Assembly: GCF_964188315.1 (NCBI RefSeq)
Contig: NC_135664.1
Span: 39,184,001-39,248,000, forward strand
From: Podarcis muralis
Taxonomy: Eukaryota
DNA: 64,000 nucleotides
Direction: 5' to 3'
The position numbers and the translations under genes are program-made. Shown here in pieces: positions 12,596-25,826 of the stretch. The first letter of the stretch is position 1, and every line of letters begins with the position of its first letter. Below the pieces are notes generated by a model. The model did no database searches. It was not told where the DNA came from and saw only the letters and a program-made list of their open reading frames with translations.

Positions 12596-12849
12596 GAGAG
12601 CCAGCATGGTGTAGTGGTTAAGAGCGGTAGACTTGTAATCTGGTGAACCAGGTTTGTGTCTCTGCTCCTCCACATGCAGCTGCTGGGTGACCTTGGGCTA
12701 GTCACACTTCTCTGAAGTCTCTCAGCCTCACTCACCTCACAGAGTGTTTGTTGTGGGGAAGGAAGGGAAAGGAGAATGTTAGCTGCTTTGACACTCCTTC
12801 AGGTAGTGATAAAGAGGGATATCAAATCCAAACTCCTCCTCCTCCTTCT
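12596..12849 (+). mobile_element. Squam3-type (MIR/Ther1-derived) SINE, near full length
   Basis: GAGCCAGCATGGTGTAGTGGTTAAGAGC head, GGGTGACCTTGGGCTAGTCAC core, ATCAAATCCAAACTCCTCCT tail. Confidence 0.8.
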
Positions 12850-14586
12850 AGTAACCATTTCTCTAGTACTCTGCGACCTTCCTGGCTGCCTCTGCTTCCT
12901 CATCTGAAAAAGCTCTTTAGGAGCTTTTTTACCTCATAAAATGAGCACCTGGGAAGGCTTCAGAGTGCAGATCCCTGCTGTTGATTTGTAGAATGAAAGA
13001 AAGGACAGATTGTGGAGTGTGACCCTGTAATTCTTGATGGAATGTATTAGAGCATCAAAACATTAAATTGTTTCAATATAGGTTGTGCATAAATCTTGGT
13101 GTCAATTCAAAACCCGTGAACAAGTCTTGCTTCACTGCAGAATATGCCACTCGAGGTACATTCCAGTAAGTTATATCTCAACAACTAATAAGGTTTGGAT
13201 AATCAACTTTGCATCTTTCCCTCTTAAAAAATAGGCTTCCTTAGGCCAAACATGGAAAAAACAGTCATAAATATTTTAAGGCCGCCTCAAACTGCCTGAA
13301 ACAGATTTTAATAAATTACTTTATATGCTGCAGCTCAAACATTAAGCTGCCACACTTATGATTAATAGAGGTGGAATGTAATTAAAGGAAAACATCTCTA
13401 AGAAAAGAGAGTTGTGCTCTGACAGTGGTATAATGGTGGCACTATAAATGGTACAAGGGTTTCACAAAAAGATAAGGGAAACGGTTTTATAAAAATGCAG
13501 TTCCTTGTACATCCTTCAACTGGTTACAATAATATCCGTACAAATGAATTTCAATAAGATGAAAGGAGGAGGACAAGGTGAGCATCATCATTACTTGATA
13601 AGAAAAATAGATTGCTCTTATGAGAACAATTTGCATTGGAAGACAGGAGACTGCAAAGCTCCTAACTATTGATGAATGCTGCCTTTTGTATCTTTTATGG
13701 AATATAATTAAATGGGGACAGAAGTGATTTCAGCATGCCCAGTAATCTGGGTATGCCTGCTGCGATTCTTGATATTTTTGTTTGCAACAGAGCCCTCTCC
13801 CCATGCTGTATAACAACCTAAAAGAGATTTTTTAAAAAAATATCCTTTATTAAATAATAATGATCATCATTTTCTCCTTCCCCCTCCCCTCATGACTGCA
13901 CTGCAGAGAGCAGGGTGAACCTTCTGCACTGCAACAGGTGAGCAGAGAGTGCAACCCTGCTGTGTGCTACTTCACCAAGGTGTTCCCTGTAGAAACAGAC
14001 ACACACAGCCAAAGCACAGTGTGGGGCTGTTTGAAAGCCCTTTTGCAAACAGCCTCATGTTGCTCTTGCAAAGGCCACTGCCTACCTCTCCTGCTTGCCA
14101 CTCTCCTGCTGCCCTCAGCCCTAGAGTTGTTGGTTTTTTAAAAAAACAACAACAACTGCAGTCTGTTCTCTCCCAACTTGGTATTTGTTACACCGTCTCC
14201 TAGCATTTAGAAATGCTTTCATTTTCCCACTGTTGAACAGTTAGCAACTTATCAAGTCTTAGTATCTACTAACATGCATTTATTGGTTTTTCCATGGAGT
14301 ATGTCTAATCCTATTTAGACTAGTTCTCCTCAGAAAAAGAAAAGCCTCCCTCTGGACTTGTCCAAATCACTCTTGAGTTGCAGCCTGGAGAATCAGGCCT
14401 TGCACTACATTTTCTGTTCATTCATATCACCTCTTTTCTATTTCAGTCAGAATCAATCTTTCATTAATCCTTCTAAGACATCTAAATATTTGATCACCTG
14501 TATTTACAAGCTGTTTGCTGTTCAAGTTCTGTTCAAGTTATTAATAAAGTTCAGAATTTATTTACATGAAAGTATGAGCTGGATGA

Positions 14587-14943
14587 GGGACGCGGGTGGC
14601 GCTGTGGGTAAAAGCCTCAGCGCCTAGGGCTTGCCGATCGAAAGGTCGGCGGTTCGAATCCCTGCGGCGGGGTGCGCTCCCGTTGTTCGGTCCCAGCGCC
14701 TGCCTAGCAGTTCGAAAGCACTCCCGGGTGCAAGTAGATAAATAGGGACCGCTTACTAGCGGGAAGGTAAACGGTGTTTCCGTGTGCGGCTCTGGCTCGC
14801 CAGAGCAGCGATGTCACGCTGGCCACGTGACCCGGAAGTGTCTCCGGACAGCACTGGGCCCCGGCCTCTTGAGTGAGATGGGCGCACAACCCTAGAGTCT
14901 GTCAAGACTGGCCCGTACGGGCAGGGGTACCTTTACTTTTACA
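14587..14943 (+). mobile_element. Sauria SINE, subfamily A
   Basis: Full head and tail; 13-bp TSD TATGAGCTGGATG at 14573-14585 and 14944-14956. Confidence 0.95.
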
Positions 14944-15397
14944 TATGAGCTGGATGTGTGCTTAACACACTGCGTATACATGCAGATTAACATGTATTGA
15001 TAATCACCTAGACTTGGCCAACTCTTTAGTTGTGCAAAGATCCATTCTCTGAATAAAAGGGAATGTTCTGAACTATCTCCTTAACAAAGGCAACTGGTAA
15101 ACTGGTAAATTACTTAACAAAGTAAGCTGGATGTTGGGCATGATTAGTTATGTATTGAAAGAGCAACAACGACATCTAAAAGTAAGCATGGTGAACAGTA
15201 TAAAACCAATGTATAACTTGCTAGAAGGAGGAAGGACAGGAAAGTGTACTTTTGCATGTGGATTGGACAAATAGGGCAGGATACACATGGGATGAAGGGA
15301 AGAAGGAAGCACTATAACTCTCCCATGGATACTTTAATGTTCAGATGAAAGGCAGTGTATAAATTTAATAAATAATAAAAATAACCTTACCGGGGAA

Positions 15398-15556
15398 CAG
15401 GACTTTTTTTTAGCTGGAACTCACTAGAACCCAGTTCTGGCACCTCTCAAGTGGGTTCCAATAGCTCTTGGGGAGTGGGGTGCCATTGCTGTGCTGAGAA
15501 CAAGGAAGGCATTCATGGTGAGTACTGGCACTTCTTTTTCTAGAAAAAGAGCACTG
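15398..15556. mobile_element. hAT-type MITE
   Basis: Same family as 4148-4277; 8-bp flanks CCGGGGAA/CCTGGGAG. Confidence 0.6.
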
Positions 15557-15835
15557 CCTGGGAGGATGCACCATTGAAGTCAATGCAGCTTACTTCTGAG
15601 TAGACATGCCTAAAATAGCACTAGTGAAGTGCCAGACATTGATGAGATTGCACCCTAGTGAAACAGACCCAGAGATTCTTTGGAGTACAGAGTATTAAAA
15701 GACTCCTTCAAATCATCTGTTTATTCAGTATTTGTCTTGATTTGCTTACACGAAGCTCACATGGTGGTTAAACTATATCTGGTCTTTGCTGAGCATTCAT
15801 TCTGATTTATGTACAGGTTTACATACTTGTGTAAG

Positions 15836-16818
15836 TGTGTGGGATGAGACTCCCCTAAACCGAAGAAATTAACGAATGACAGGATCTAGCTAGTATCTGG
15901 AGTACTGAAGGGAAGATTCCTGGCCAGTATAGAAATACTGGCTAAGCTTCCTTTCCAAGCCAGGGCCTCACCTGAGATACAGGCATCAAGAGGACATAAG
16001 GTGTTGGTGACCCATCCAAGAGGACTTCTTGGGCCTGGGCAGACAGGGGTTGCCAAGGTGGTGGGGAAGGGGCAGGCAAAAATGTGCCTCTCGAAAACTA
16101 GACTTGGGATGGGAAATGGATGAGGAGGAGTTGCTTGGAGCAGAATTGTGCTGAGGAGAAGGAGAACAAAGGCCTGACCTCCATGAGTTGCTGGGCAGAC
16201 CAGAACTCCATATGAGTGCTGGAGATCAGAACCATCTTGGCTGCTGTCTGGAGAGGCTACAACCTGAAGACTAGGAACCCTGATTGACTGCTGCTTTGAA
16301 CCCAAGCTTGCTGAAGCAATGAGATACCCTATTGGGGTATAATGTTCTGCATCCCCTCCACTGCAGTTTTCCAGGTGTATACATTGTAAGGTAAGGTAAA
16401 GGTAAAGGACCCCTGGACTGTTAAGTCCAGTCAAATGCGACTATGGGGTTGAGGCACTCATCTCGCGTTCAGGCTGAGGGAGCCAGCGTTTGTCCACAGA
16501 CAGTTTTCCATGTGGCCAGCATGACTAAACTGCTACTGGCGCATGGAGGACCGTGACAAGTGCCAGAGTGCACGGAAATGCTGTTTACCTTCCTGCCACA
16601 GCGGTACCTATTTATCTACTTGCGCTGGCATGCTTTCGAACTGCTAGGTTGGCAGGAGCTGGGACAGAGCAACGGGAGCTCACCCCATGGCGGGGATTCC
16701 CTGTTTACTGTAAGTGTAAAGTAAACCACATTTCTTAAAGACACTAGCCACCACTGAGCTTCAAACTTCCCAATGGAAACACAACCATGGGTAAGTCCTT
16801 GGAACCCCTGGAATCTAG
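15836..16818 (+). mobile_element. Probable degenerate solo LTR interrupted by a Sauria SINE
   Basis: Purine-rich body and an AGTAAACC poly(A)-like signal just after the SINE. No matching TSD found; ends uncertain. Confidence 0.4.
16390..16699 (-). mobile_element. Sauria SINE, subfamily B, 5'-truncated
   Basis: GGTAAAGGTAAAGGAC tail; stops at GGGGATTC before the head. Confidence 0.9.
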
Positions 16819-18320
16819 AGCAGCTGTTCCTCCCATGCTTTTCAAAGCATTTCCCCATCATATACCCAAACACCAGAAGTCTGTGATTTTTTTAAAGTGG
16901 ATTTGTTGTGCTAGGGCAACAGAGCCTTTTAATCTACTTTACCTGTCCAAACCTAACATTCCAGGATGGGCTTGAATCCCTCCTGCAAAAGACTGACAGA
17001 CTGGAGCCACCCAGAGTCGTCATACTCCAGGGTTCCCCCCTCCACTTCCTTTCTATAAAACCATTTGCTACTTATAGTTAAGAGAAAGAAAGGGGAATAA
17101 TTTTGCATTTCTTCATAATTACAACACTTTGTTCAGTTAAAATAACTGCTTTTTGTCCTCTGAAGGACGTCTTTCCACTATAATCTGCTTTTTGCACACT
17201 GAGATACTTTAAGCTTGCCAGAAAATGGATGCATTACTCTTCCTCTTTTCCTGACAGAAAACCATAGAATTGAAAAATTAAAAAGCTAAAGTGGTTGACT
17301 TAGATATATTCATATTGACAACAATTAGTTTTAGTATGTAATGAGTTTTAATTCCAAGCAGTACAAATGGCTTCCTGGAGTTTGCATACTGAAGCCTACA
17401 TTTTATCTACTTTTACTGTCTTGTACTGTTCTGCATGTGGCATATAAATCAAATGGAAAAGGACAGGAAATGCTGCTTATCCACAACTTTGATAGCATTT
17501 CTCTCCCAGTACATGTGTCTCTGAACTTGCACACCCAGGTGTTCCACTATAAAAGCCACATGTTAACACCCCTTGAATGTGATATCTCACATGCACAACT
17601 TCTTCAGTCTGTAGGCCTATTGCTTTGGTCTATGCAAGTATGCAGTTCACACATGTGAGATGGTACTATTTAACAGACACATTTATCCTGCACGTATATT
17701 ATGTGACAATCTGCTGTGCTGGATTAAGTTTGCATGTGTATCCTCAGCAGAAACTTGGTATAGTCAATTTTGACTGTACAGCACATCCATTTGAAGAATA
17801 GGTGGATGAAGCCCAAGTACTCCTCTTGTCACTTCAGTCTATTCTCAAGATTTTCCATCTGTAATTTGTAAGTCCACTCCATCCTTTTCCTGCATTAATC
17901 AGCAATTGATTGATTGATTGATTGATTTATCTATCCATCCATCCATACACACACTTACAAAATGCATATTTAAATATTATTTTATAATGAAATAGGCAAT
18001 TAAATGTTGTTTATTTCAATATATGCCCTTCTGAATGTATTTTACCCTACAATATGCACTTTGGTACTTTTTTTGAGCTAAGAGCTACATTGCAGAAGTT
18101 GGAACTTCAAAGCATCATTACATTCCAAACCACACTTCATCGAGGAATCAGGTCAGTTTGCATTGGAATTCACAGAAATCAAATTCTTCAAGCATCTCCA
18201 TCTATTCAGCTCTCTTTAAGGGTCATCATAGTTGGCTGTGCCAGTCATCTCTTTAATGAGTGGCTCTGCATAGATCTTTGCAGGCAGCACCATGTATACT
18301 GCTGAATGCAAGGATCTGTA

Positions 18321-18681
18321 AAGGTAAAGGACCCCTGAAAAGTTAAGTCCAGTCAAAGGCAACTATGGGGTACAATGCTCATCTCACTTCAGGCTGAGGG
18401 AGCCGACATTTGTCCACAGACAGCTTTCCGGCTCATGTGGCCAACATGACTAAACTGCTTCTGGCACAATGGGACACTGACAGAAGCCAGAGCACACAGA
18501 AACGCCATTTACCTTCCTGCCACAGTGGTACCTATTTATCTACTCACAGTGGTGTGCTTTTGAACTGCTAGGTTGACAAAAGCTGGGACAGAGCAATGGG
18601 AGCTCACCCCATCACGTGGATTCTAACCACCAAACCTCTGATCAGCAAGCTCACGAGAATCAGTGGTTTAGACCCTATATT
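18321..18681 (-). mobile_element. Sauria SINE, subfamily B
   Basis: 12-bp TSD CAAGGATCTGTA at 18309-18320 and 18682-18693. Confidence 0.92.
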
Positions 18682-18814
18682 CAAGGATCTGTAGATTAGT
18701 GCCAACACCACCTAATTTAGTCAGTGGAAAATTCCAATGTTGTGCTAATTATGAGAATAGGGAGCTGTTTGGGGATATGGAATAACTATGGTTGTCCACC
18801 AAGACCGCAAACTA

Positions 18815-18905
18815 AGAAAATAAGAAGTACCTACTGAATCAGGCCCATGGCCCATCTAGTCCACCATCTTGTTATCACAGTGACCAACCAGAAGCCTGTG
18901 GGAAA
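18815..18905 (-). mobile_element. L2-type 3' end or L2-tailed SINE fragment
   Basis: AAGAAGTACCTACTGAATCAGGCCCATGGCCCATCTAGTCC resembles the reversed L2 3' terminus. Confidence 0.5.
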
Positions 18906-21165
18906 TGTGGCCTTTAGGCACTTCTACTTCACCCCCAGGACTCTTCACAGACCATATGTTCTCCTTAGGCCACGCCCATCATTGGCCTTGCTCCACACCC
19001 TCCTCAAGTGCTTTTGCCTGGCTGGGATATATCATTGAACTGTAACAATACTGTACCTCTTATTTGCTTGGATGGAGGTTGGGGATGTGAATGTAGAAAC
19101 CTCTTACTTTTGCCCAGCCGGAATGTATCCTACTGTACAGAGGTAGAGGAGACAATTGCTCCACCTACTTTTTGCTTCTAGCCCCACCCACCTCTGGCAC
19201 GCAGCCTTTGGAGACCTGCATTCCCACAAGGCACTGAAGTCCACTGGCTTCCTTTTCATACTCAGAAAATAGTTCATTTGTAGTGGAGTTACAAAGACCC
19301 GGAGACTAGATGGCTTTGTTTGAATCATCCATAAAGGATGATATCTCGAGACAAGAACTGCCATCTGTCCTTTATTGTGTTTTAGCTTCTTTATTTGTCC
19401 CCCAAACAATTTCACAGAAAGCTGTTCTCAAATACCTTGACACCTAGTTCCCAGCAAGCACAATAGGAGGAGGCTTTTAGCCAAATGATTACCATATGCA
19501 GATTAAAAGGTTTGTTTTACGTTATTTACCATTTAGAATAATTATGAGCAGAGGTCCCTTGTGGCACTTGAATTAGTGAGAGAAATAAGCTGGCAAATGA
19601 CATTTCACATGATCTATATGTGCAAATTATTAATACAGTGCTTATACAGGGAACTGGAAAAATTCTTAGGCTGTGTGATGGTACACACTTACCTAGGAGT
19701 AAAATCCAACTGAACTACTTCTGACTAGACATGGTGATGAGTGTACTGATGATGCTTATTGTTTGGGAAGAAAGAGTGATATACATCACTGGAACAGAGC
19801 TGAATGATCACTGTCTATTGTTTTCAGCATATGACACTTGAGGAAAATATATATAGTCACGTGGTTCTCAAGGATTCACATCCAATAAGAATGATGGCCA
19901 AATGATGCATCACACTCTACAATAAGAATTAGGAACCTGGAGAAGTACTCTTCCCTTTACAGCCCAAATACAGGTCTTATGTCCCATGTCAGTTCCCATA
20001 CATCTGTCCCAGTATGTAATGTAAGGATTAAAATTCTGCATATTCATACAAATTTAATGTCTACAGAACTCTAAAAGCACAATGATTTTTCTGTTGTTTT
20101 TATAGAAAGGGGAATGTTGGGCTTGGAAATTGAAGAGTGTCTGTTTTCATCCACACAAAATCTGTGTCATCGACTGAGGGCTTCTAGAATGTAGCCATTA
20201 GCACTCAGAAATGGGGCTATAATTCAGCATACACTTTATTGAATCCTGTAGAAGCTGATGGACTTACCCTTGTATAGACATAAATTGGATTGCAGCCAAA
20301 GTTACTCATTTCATATTCAGTTAATACATTGAGGAGGCAAGGATGATTGACTTGCATTCTCTAATTCCTCACAAAAGGGATAACAAAGAAGGCATAATTT
20401 GTAGGACAAAGAGCAACACCCTGGGAATTATTTCAAAATATAAAATAGATTATGTCTGTATGATAAACATTTCAATGCAGCAAGATCTCTCTAACCTTGT
20501 AAATTCCCAAGTCCACTATGATGAACCATGTCCCAATGAATTTCTTTATTTAAAAGAGAAGTGGTAATTAAAATATGCAGTCAGAATGCATGCAGTAACT
20601 GTCAGCGTATAGTCTAGAAAGGTGGGCTCCTGGTCTTTAATCATCAAACATTATCAATTGGCATAATCCTGTCTGGGGCAAATGAGGTCGCTAAGTGCTT
20701 TGAGCATACTTAAGCAGCATTAATACAGCAGTCACAGCCACACAGGCACAAAAACCCCGCACACAATATCGTAAATCAAAAGGATGAAAATGCAGGAGAG
20801 TTTTTACCACCTTTCCATTAATATAAAAAGAGATTTTTACATTATAAAATTCCAAGAACTAATTTGCATAATTCAGAGAGCCTTCTGTCTGAAGTTCAGG
20901 GACTTCCAACCAATTAAAATAGTTCATAAAGTTTGTTTACCATCTTCCTCCCCAGCTATCAAAAATCTCTCTGGAAACCCTCTTCTAGTAGCTATATGTG
21001 CAAATTCCCAATTCTCATTAGTTATCAAGTTCATTCACTGTACTCAGAAGCAATTTGTTCTGCTTTAATTAAGGTGGTAAACATGCCCTCAAAGCTCAAG
21101 GAGGAATTCTTCAGGTCATTTGTTTTCCTTGCTTCTTTATAGAATTTGGAGAAAGCTCCCATTTC

Positions 21166-21167
<2 letters not shown>

Positions 21168-21212
<45 letters not shown>
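21168..21212. repeat. (CA)n microsatellite
   Basis: Directly visible. Confidence 0.98.
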
Positions 21213-21213
<1 letters not shown>

Positions 21214-21870
21214 CGCCCGTAGCTTACATGGCTATAAAATAATTCAAGGCTTGGCCAGTTATAAGTTTCTACAGAGAATTTCATTCCCCAAGGCATAAAA
21301 TATGGCTTTGAATTTAGAATGCAACTGAAGGCCTAGCTTGTTTTTAGAAGCCAGGTTCCATCAATTACTTTCTGTGTGACCCTGAGCAAGGGAGATGAGA
21401 ACACACTGCGACAACTGAAGCTATTGGGAAATGTGGTGCAGCTTAACGTCTCTGATAATTGGGCCAGGGCTCCACAACTCTATTACTTATACTTCCCCCA
21501 GAATCAGGAGATAACTCACTTTCAGACGCTTATCAAAGGCACTACAAATTAAAGTGAGTAATGTTTACAACCTGTAATGTTTACAACCTGTAATGTAGTA
21601 CTTTGATCAAAATTCTGTGGGAGCGGCAAGATTCAAACCAATGAGAAAAGGGGCGGAGATGCAAAACTCAGACCACTACAGAGCATCATTTCAGAACGGT
21701 GAGTGACTCAGAATATTCCAAATTTGTAGTCTGGGAATGAAGACTGAGGTTTTTAAATAGGTATCTACAATGCATTGGTGTTCTTTAGTGAAAAGGGTGT
21801 TAATTAACTATTTACGTATTTGAACAAATGTGCTGCATAGGAAGGTATGTCTTCTGTTTAGAAGTCAATA

Positions 21871-22154
21871 AAGTAAAGTAACATTTATATTATGTATTTA
21901 AAAGGTAAAGGGACTCCTGACCATTAAGTCCAGTTGTGAACGACTCTGCGGTTGCGGCGCTCATCTCTCTTTATTGGCCGAGGGAGCCAGCGTTTGTCCG
22001 CAGACAGTTTTTCTGGGTCTTGTGGCCAGCATGACTAAGCTGCTTCTGGCGAACCAAAAGCAGCACACGGAAACACCATTTACCTTCCCGCCAGAGTGGT
22101 ACCTATTTATCTACTTGCACTTTGACGTGTTTTCGAACTGCTAGGTTGGCAGGA
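21871..22154 (-). mobile_element. Sauria SINE, subfamily B, 5'-truncated, with extended AT-rich tail
   Basis: 13-bp TSD TTAGAAGTCAATA at 21858-21870 and 22155-22167. Confidence 0.92.
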
Positions 22155-23814
22155 TTAGAAGTCAATACATCACCACTATTTAATCAAGAGAGTTGACCTA
22201 GCTCTCTTCCACAAATCTTCTGTCCCAAGGTTCAGCAAAGGAAGGAAGGTGGCCTCATTTAGAAATGCTGTATCTCTCTGATATAGGTGTGGGGGAGATT
22301 CAGTTAAGATTTAAAGGGAAACCCACCTGATAGGCACTTACTGAAGCAACTGGAGAACCAAAAGAAAGCCATCCAAAATCCACTGTGATTTTATTTACTA
22401 TTATTATTTTGGCAATGCGGTTCTCCAGCCAAGGGCACATTAAGGCCACTGTCCGCTAGGGTCCAAAGGGTGTGAAAACTCACAACACTAAATCATAAGG
22501 GTAGTCCATAGAACAACACTAGCCTAAGAACTCCAGTTTTCAGAAAAGGGGTAAAAAGGAAACAGTGTATATACAGTTCAACATTGCACAAATCTAGCTA
22601 GTGGGAGAGTCAACTTAGTTTTTAAAAGGGCAGGCTTATCTACAATTCTAAATGGACACTACCAGCAGACAATACTGATCACTGGTCCAAAAATATAAAT
22701 CAGAGAAGATGCCACATAACCACTTGTCCTCTGTTGTGATTGTTTTTTCTTAATGAATATTGTCAAAGAGTTGTATTCAAGTAAGTTTTACATGGATCAG
22801 ACCCACTGAAATCAATGGCCATGGCTAACTTAGGTCCATGAATTTCAGTAGGTATACTCTGACTGCAATTCAGTGATTCTAATGATAAAGTGGTGCTTAA
22901 GTGGAAATAAAGTGATTTTTTTAAAAGCATGGAAACACTTGAAATATATTTTATAGAAGTATTCTGGCATAAAGTCCTTCACAGATTTGACTATGTCAAC
23001 AAGATCCTTTAAAACAAGCAAGCCTTAACATTGTATCAGGGAAAAGATTGCTCTCTTCACTGGTCACATTTCTCCATGACATGTAGACCAACTCTGATGA
23101 GATTGAAGGAAAAACAAAGAAAACGAGTCATCAAATGGAAGCCCATGTATTCAGATGAAAGATCAACCGCACAGAGAAACAAATAAATTTTTCACGGGTG
23201 GAGAAAAGTGACTGAAAGCTTTCAGAGAGATGTGCTTTTGCCAAATATGTGGATTCATTTGGATTCCTGGCAAGACTGGGCCATTCTTCCCCAAATTTTG
23301 ATACACTGAAAGGGATCATGAAAGGGATGCAGAAGATTTAGTGACAGCTTACTCCAAATGCCTTCACATTCCTTCATCCTCTGAGCTCAACCATTTCATT
23401 CACTACTTAGATGCCACAGAGTGAAGTGATGGATCTGAGAATACTGCACATAGAAGACAATTCACAGTAAGGACCTACGTCAGAGACTTTTCCAGAATTG
23501 TACCATAGCTCTTTGCCTTTAACTTTGTCCATTTCAAATTCTGAAGGGAAAAGATCATTCACCAAGTAATTTTTTCATTAAAAATAAATCATGGTTACCA
23601 CTGCTGCAGTCACGACTGCTATCATTATCTGGTCTTTTCTACAGAATTAGATATTACAAGAGAAATGTCTTTTGAAAATCTCATATCTGAATTTTCTGCC
23701 AAGAAAAGTAGAAAAAAGAAGATAGAACTTTACCTATTATATGGGAACTTCTACAATGGCAAGGTCATCACTGTGTGTAAATATTTTCTTTTAACTTTAC
23801 CAATGTTCATATTA

Positions 23815-24020
23815 GATGGAACTCTGAACACAGGAAGCTGCCTCACACCGAGTCAGTTTGTCAGTCCACTTAGCTCAGTAATGTCTACACTGATTGGCTG
23901 TGGCTCTCCAAGATTTCAGACTAGGGACCTTCTCAGCCCTTCCTAGGGTTGCTGAGGATTGAAATTGACAGCTTCTGTGTGCAGAGCAGAGGGTCTACCT
24001 CAGAGCTTGAGAGCTCCCAT
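23815..24020 (-). mobile_element. tRNA-derived, L2-tailed SINE (Squam2/Anolis SINE2-like)
   Basis: Reverse complement of the family at 57886 and 61083 (GGAAGCTGCC...GAGTCAG...AGCTCAGTAATGTCTACACTGA). Confidence 0.65.
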
Positions 24021-25689
24021 AAAAAGAGGAGCCTATATGTGCATATTCCTGAAAAATAACATATAAAAATTCATTGTGTTAGGAAAAATTGTGTGCAAAA
24101 ATGTGTATATTAAGATAAATGAACACCAAAAATGCATATAATTTTTTTAAAGAATCTGCAATCTGATGTACAATGTGAACATAAGATGGGGCAAAGTGAA
24201 CATAAGATGGGGAAAATGAGAAACTAAGAGGAAGCCTTATTGAAAGATTCATCCATCCCAACCTTACAGACTAACAAATGTTGTTATGGAATAAAGCTCT
24301 GTGGACTAGAGCCCTAACCACAAAGGCTTATTGTCATAATAAGGCAGGGATGAACGATCTTTTTTTGGAGGGGTACAAAGAGCTTAAAGTTTAAGGTGCC
24401 TCAAGAATCTTTGAATCAAAGAAAACCATGAAAACTTTAACATTATGACATTCACATCATGGGCTAAACTGGCACTGAAAGTCACGTCTTTGAGCATGTT
24501 TTGAGTGCAGTGGGGGATTCATCAAGTTCTCACAGCATATTATTATATCTAGAGCTCAGAGCCATGCTCTGCTGCGCCTGCATCACAAAGCAGCATCAGG
24601 TTCATGGCTCTCAGCAGCAGTGCAAAGAGATAACTTACCTGCAAAATTCTGACAACAAACCCAGCCTCCACTTCAGCCCAGCACTTTGGTGCTCCAGCAG
24701 ATGTTGGTGTAGTAGTTGCAGCATTGAACAGAAATGTATTTGAGAAAGGTCAGTGGGGCAATTGCCCAGGGCAGCAAATTTAAGGGGCTGGCATATGAAA
24801 CATCAACACGAGGCCTGGACTTACAGCTTTCATTTAGGAAGAAGAGTAAGTTCATAAGTCTAAAGGTGAGCTGCTGCCACCTGCAATTTTTGTGAAATGA
24901 TTTTGCTCACTTTGGCTGACCTAAGTCCTCACCGATGGTGAAATCAAAGCTGTGGGTTGAGGATGCAAGGACTCCTTCAACACCTCTCCCGTCTTCAGAA
25001 AGTCCATAGTGAAGGCAGAAGCAACAGTTTCTTCTCCTTCATGCAGTGCTTTTTCTCCTGACAAAACTGACTCAGTGCTGGCACCCTTTTTTACTGCCAC
25101 CCCACCATCTCTTGTGAGGGAGTAGCTTTGCCCTCTACCTTTCAAAAGAGAGGAAGACTCCCATGGCTTCCTCTAGCTAGGAGGGGGGCATTGGCACTCA
25201 TCGAATCCATGGCAGCCAGTGGGAGACAGGCAACTCTCTCCAGTGAAAGAATCCTTCTCCCTCCTTGTCCTCCACAGCTTTGACGCCAATAAGTGAGCTT
25301 TCCCCAATAAATAATACCCAGATGAATAAAACACAGAGTCATACCATTATTTGCCATTCCTACTCCCATGTGACTCATTCCTACTCCCATGTGATTCATC
25401 TGTGGCTAAAGCAAGCCATGGAATCTATTATCCCATGTCCATTCCCTCACTTCTAAATTAAATGACAGGGTGCCAAAACAGTCTGCCGCCTCAAGCACCA
25501 TGAGGCATCATCTTTGAATCACAATAATCTATCTATGGCTAAGAGATTCGTTCTGTACCTGTATAAAATCCTCAAGGGGGGCGGTGTTAAATGGTCTAAG
25601 ACAAGAGCTGCATCCTATATCTCACCTGCAGAGAATGACATCAGTGAAGCACAGCACTAAGTGTCTCATGGCCTCTTAGGAAGTTGTGT

Positions 25690-25826
25690 TAGGAAAGGAG
25701 AACCTGTGGCCCTCCAGATGTTGTTGGACTCCAACTCCCATCAGCCCCACCCAGAGTGACCAATGGTTGGGGATGATGGGAGTTTTGGCTAGCAACCTAT
25801 GGAGGTCCACAGGTTCCCTATTCCTG
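25690..25826. mobile_element. Short palindromic hAT-type MITE
   Basis: GAACCTGTGG...CCACAGGTTC terminal symmetry; family of 61148. Confidence 0.75.

Noticed and set aside
8270-25395. Several 16-21 bp perfect tandem duplications (about 8270, 21570, 24175, 25355)
   Set aside because: Ordinary slippage or repair duplications with only two units each; not CRISPR-like arrays.
24921-25399. Coding-looking stretch with ORFs on both strands
   Set aside because: No recognisable domain, stops in all plus frames, and no convincing splice-site pair.
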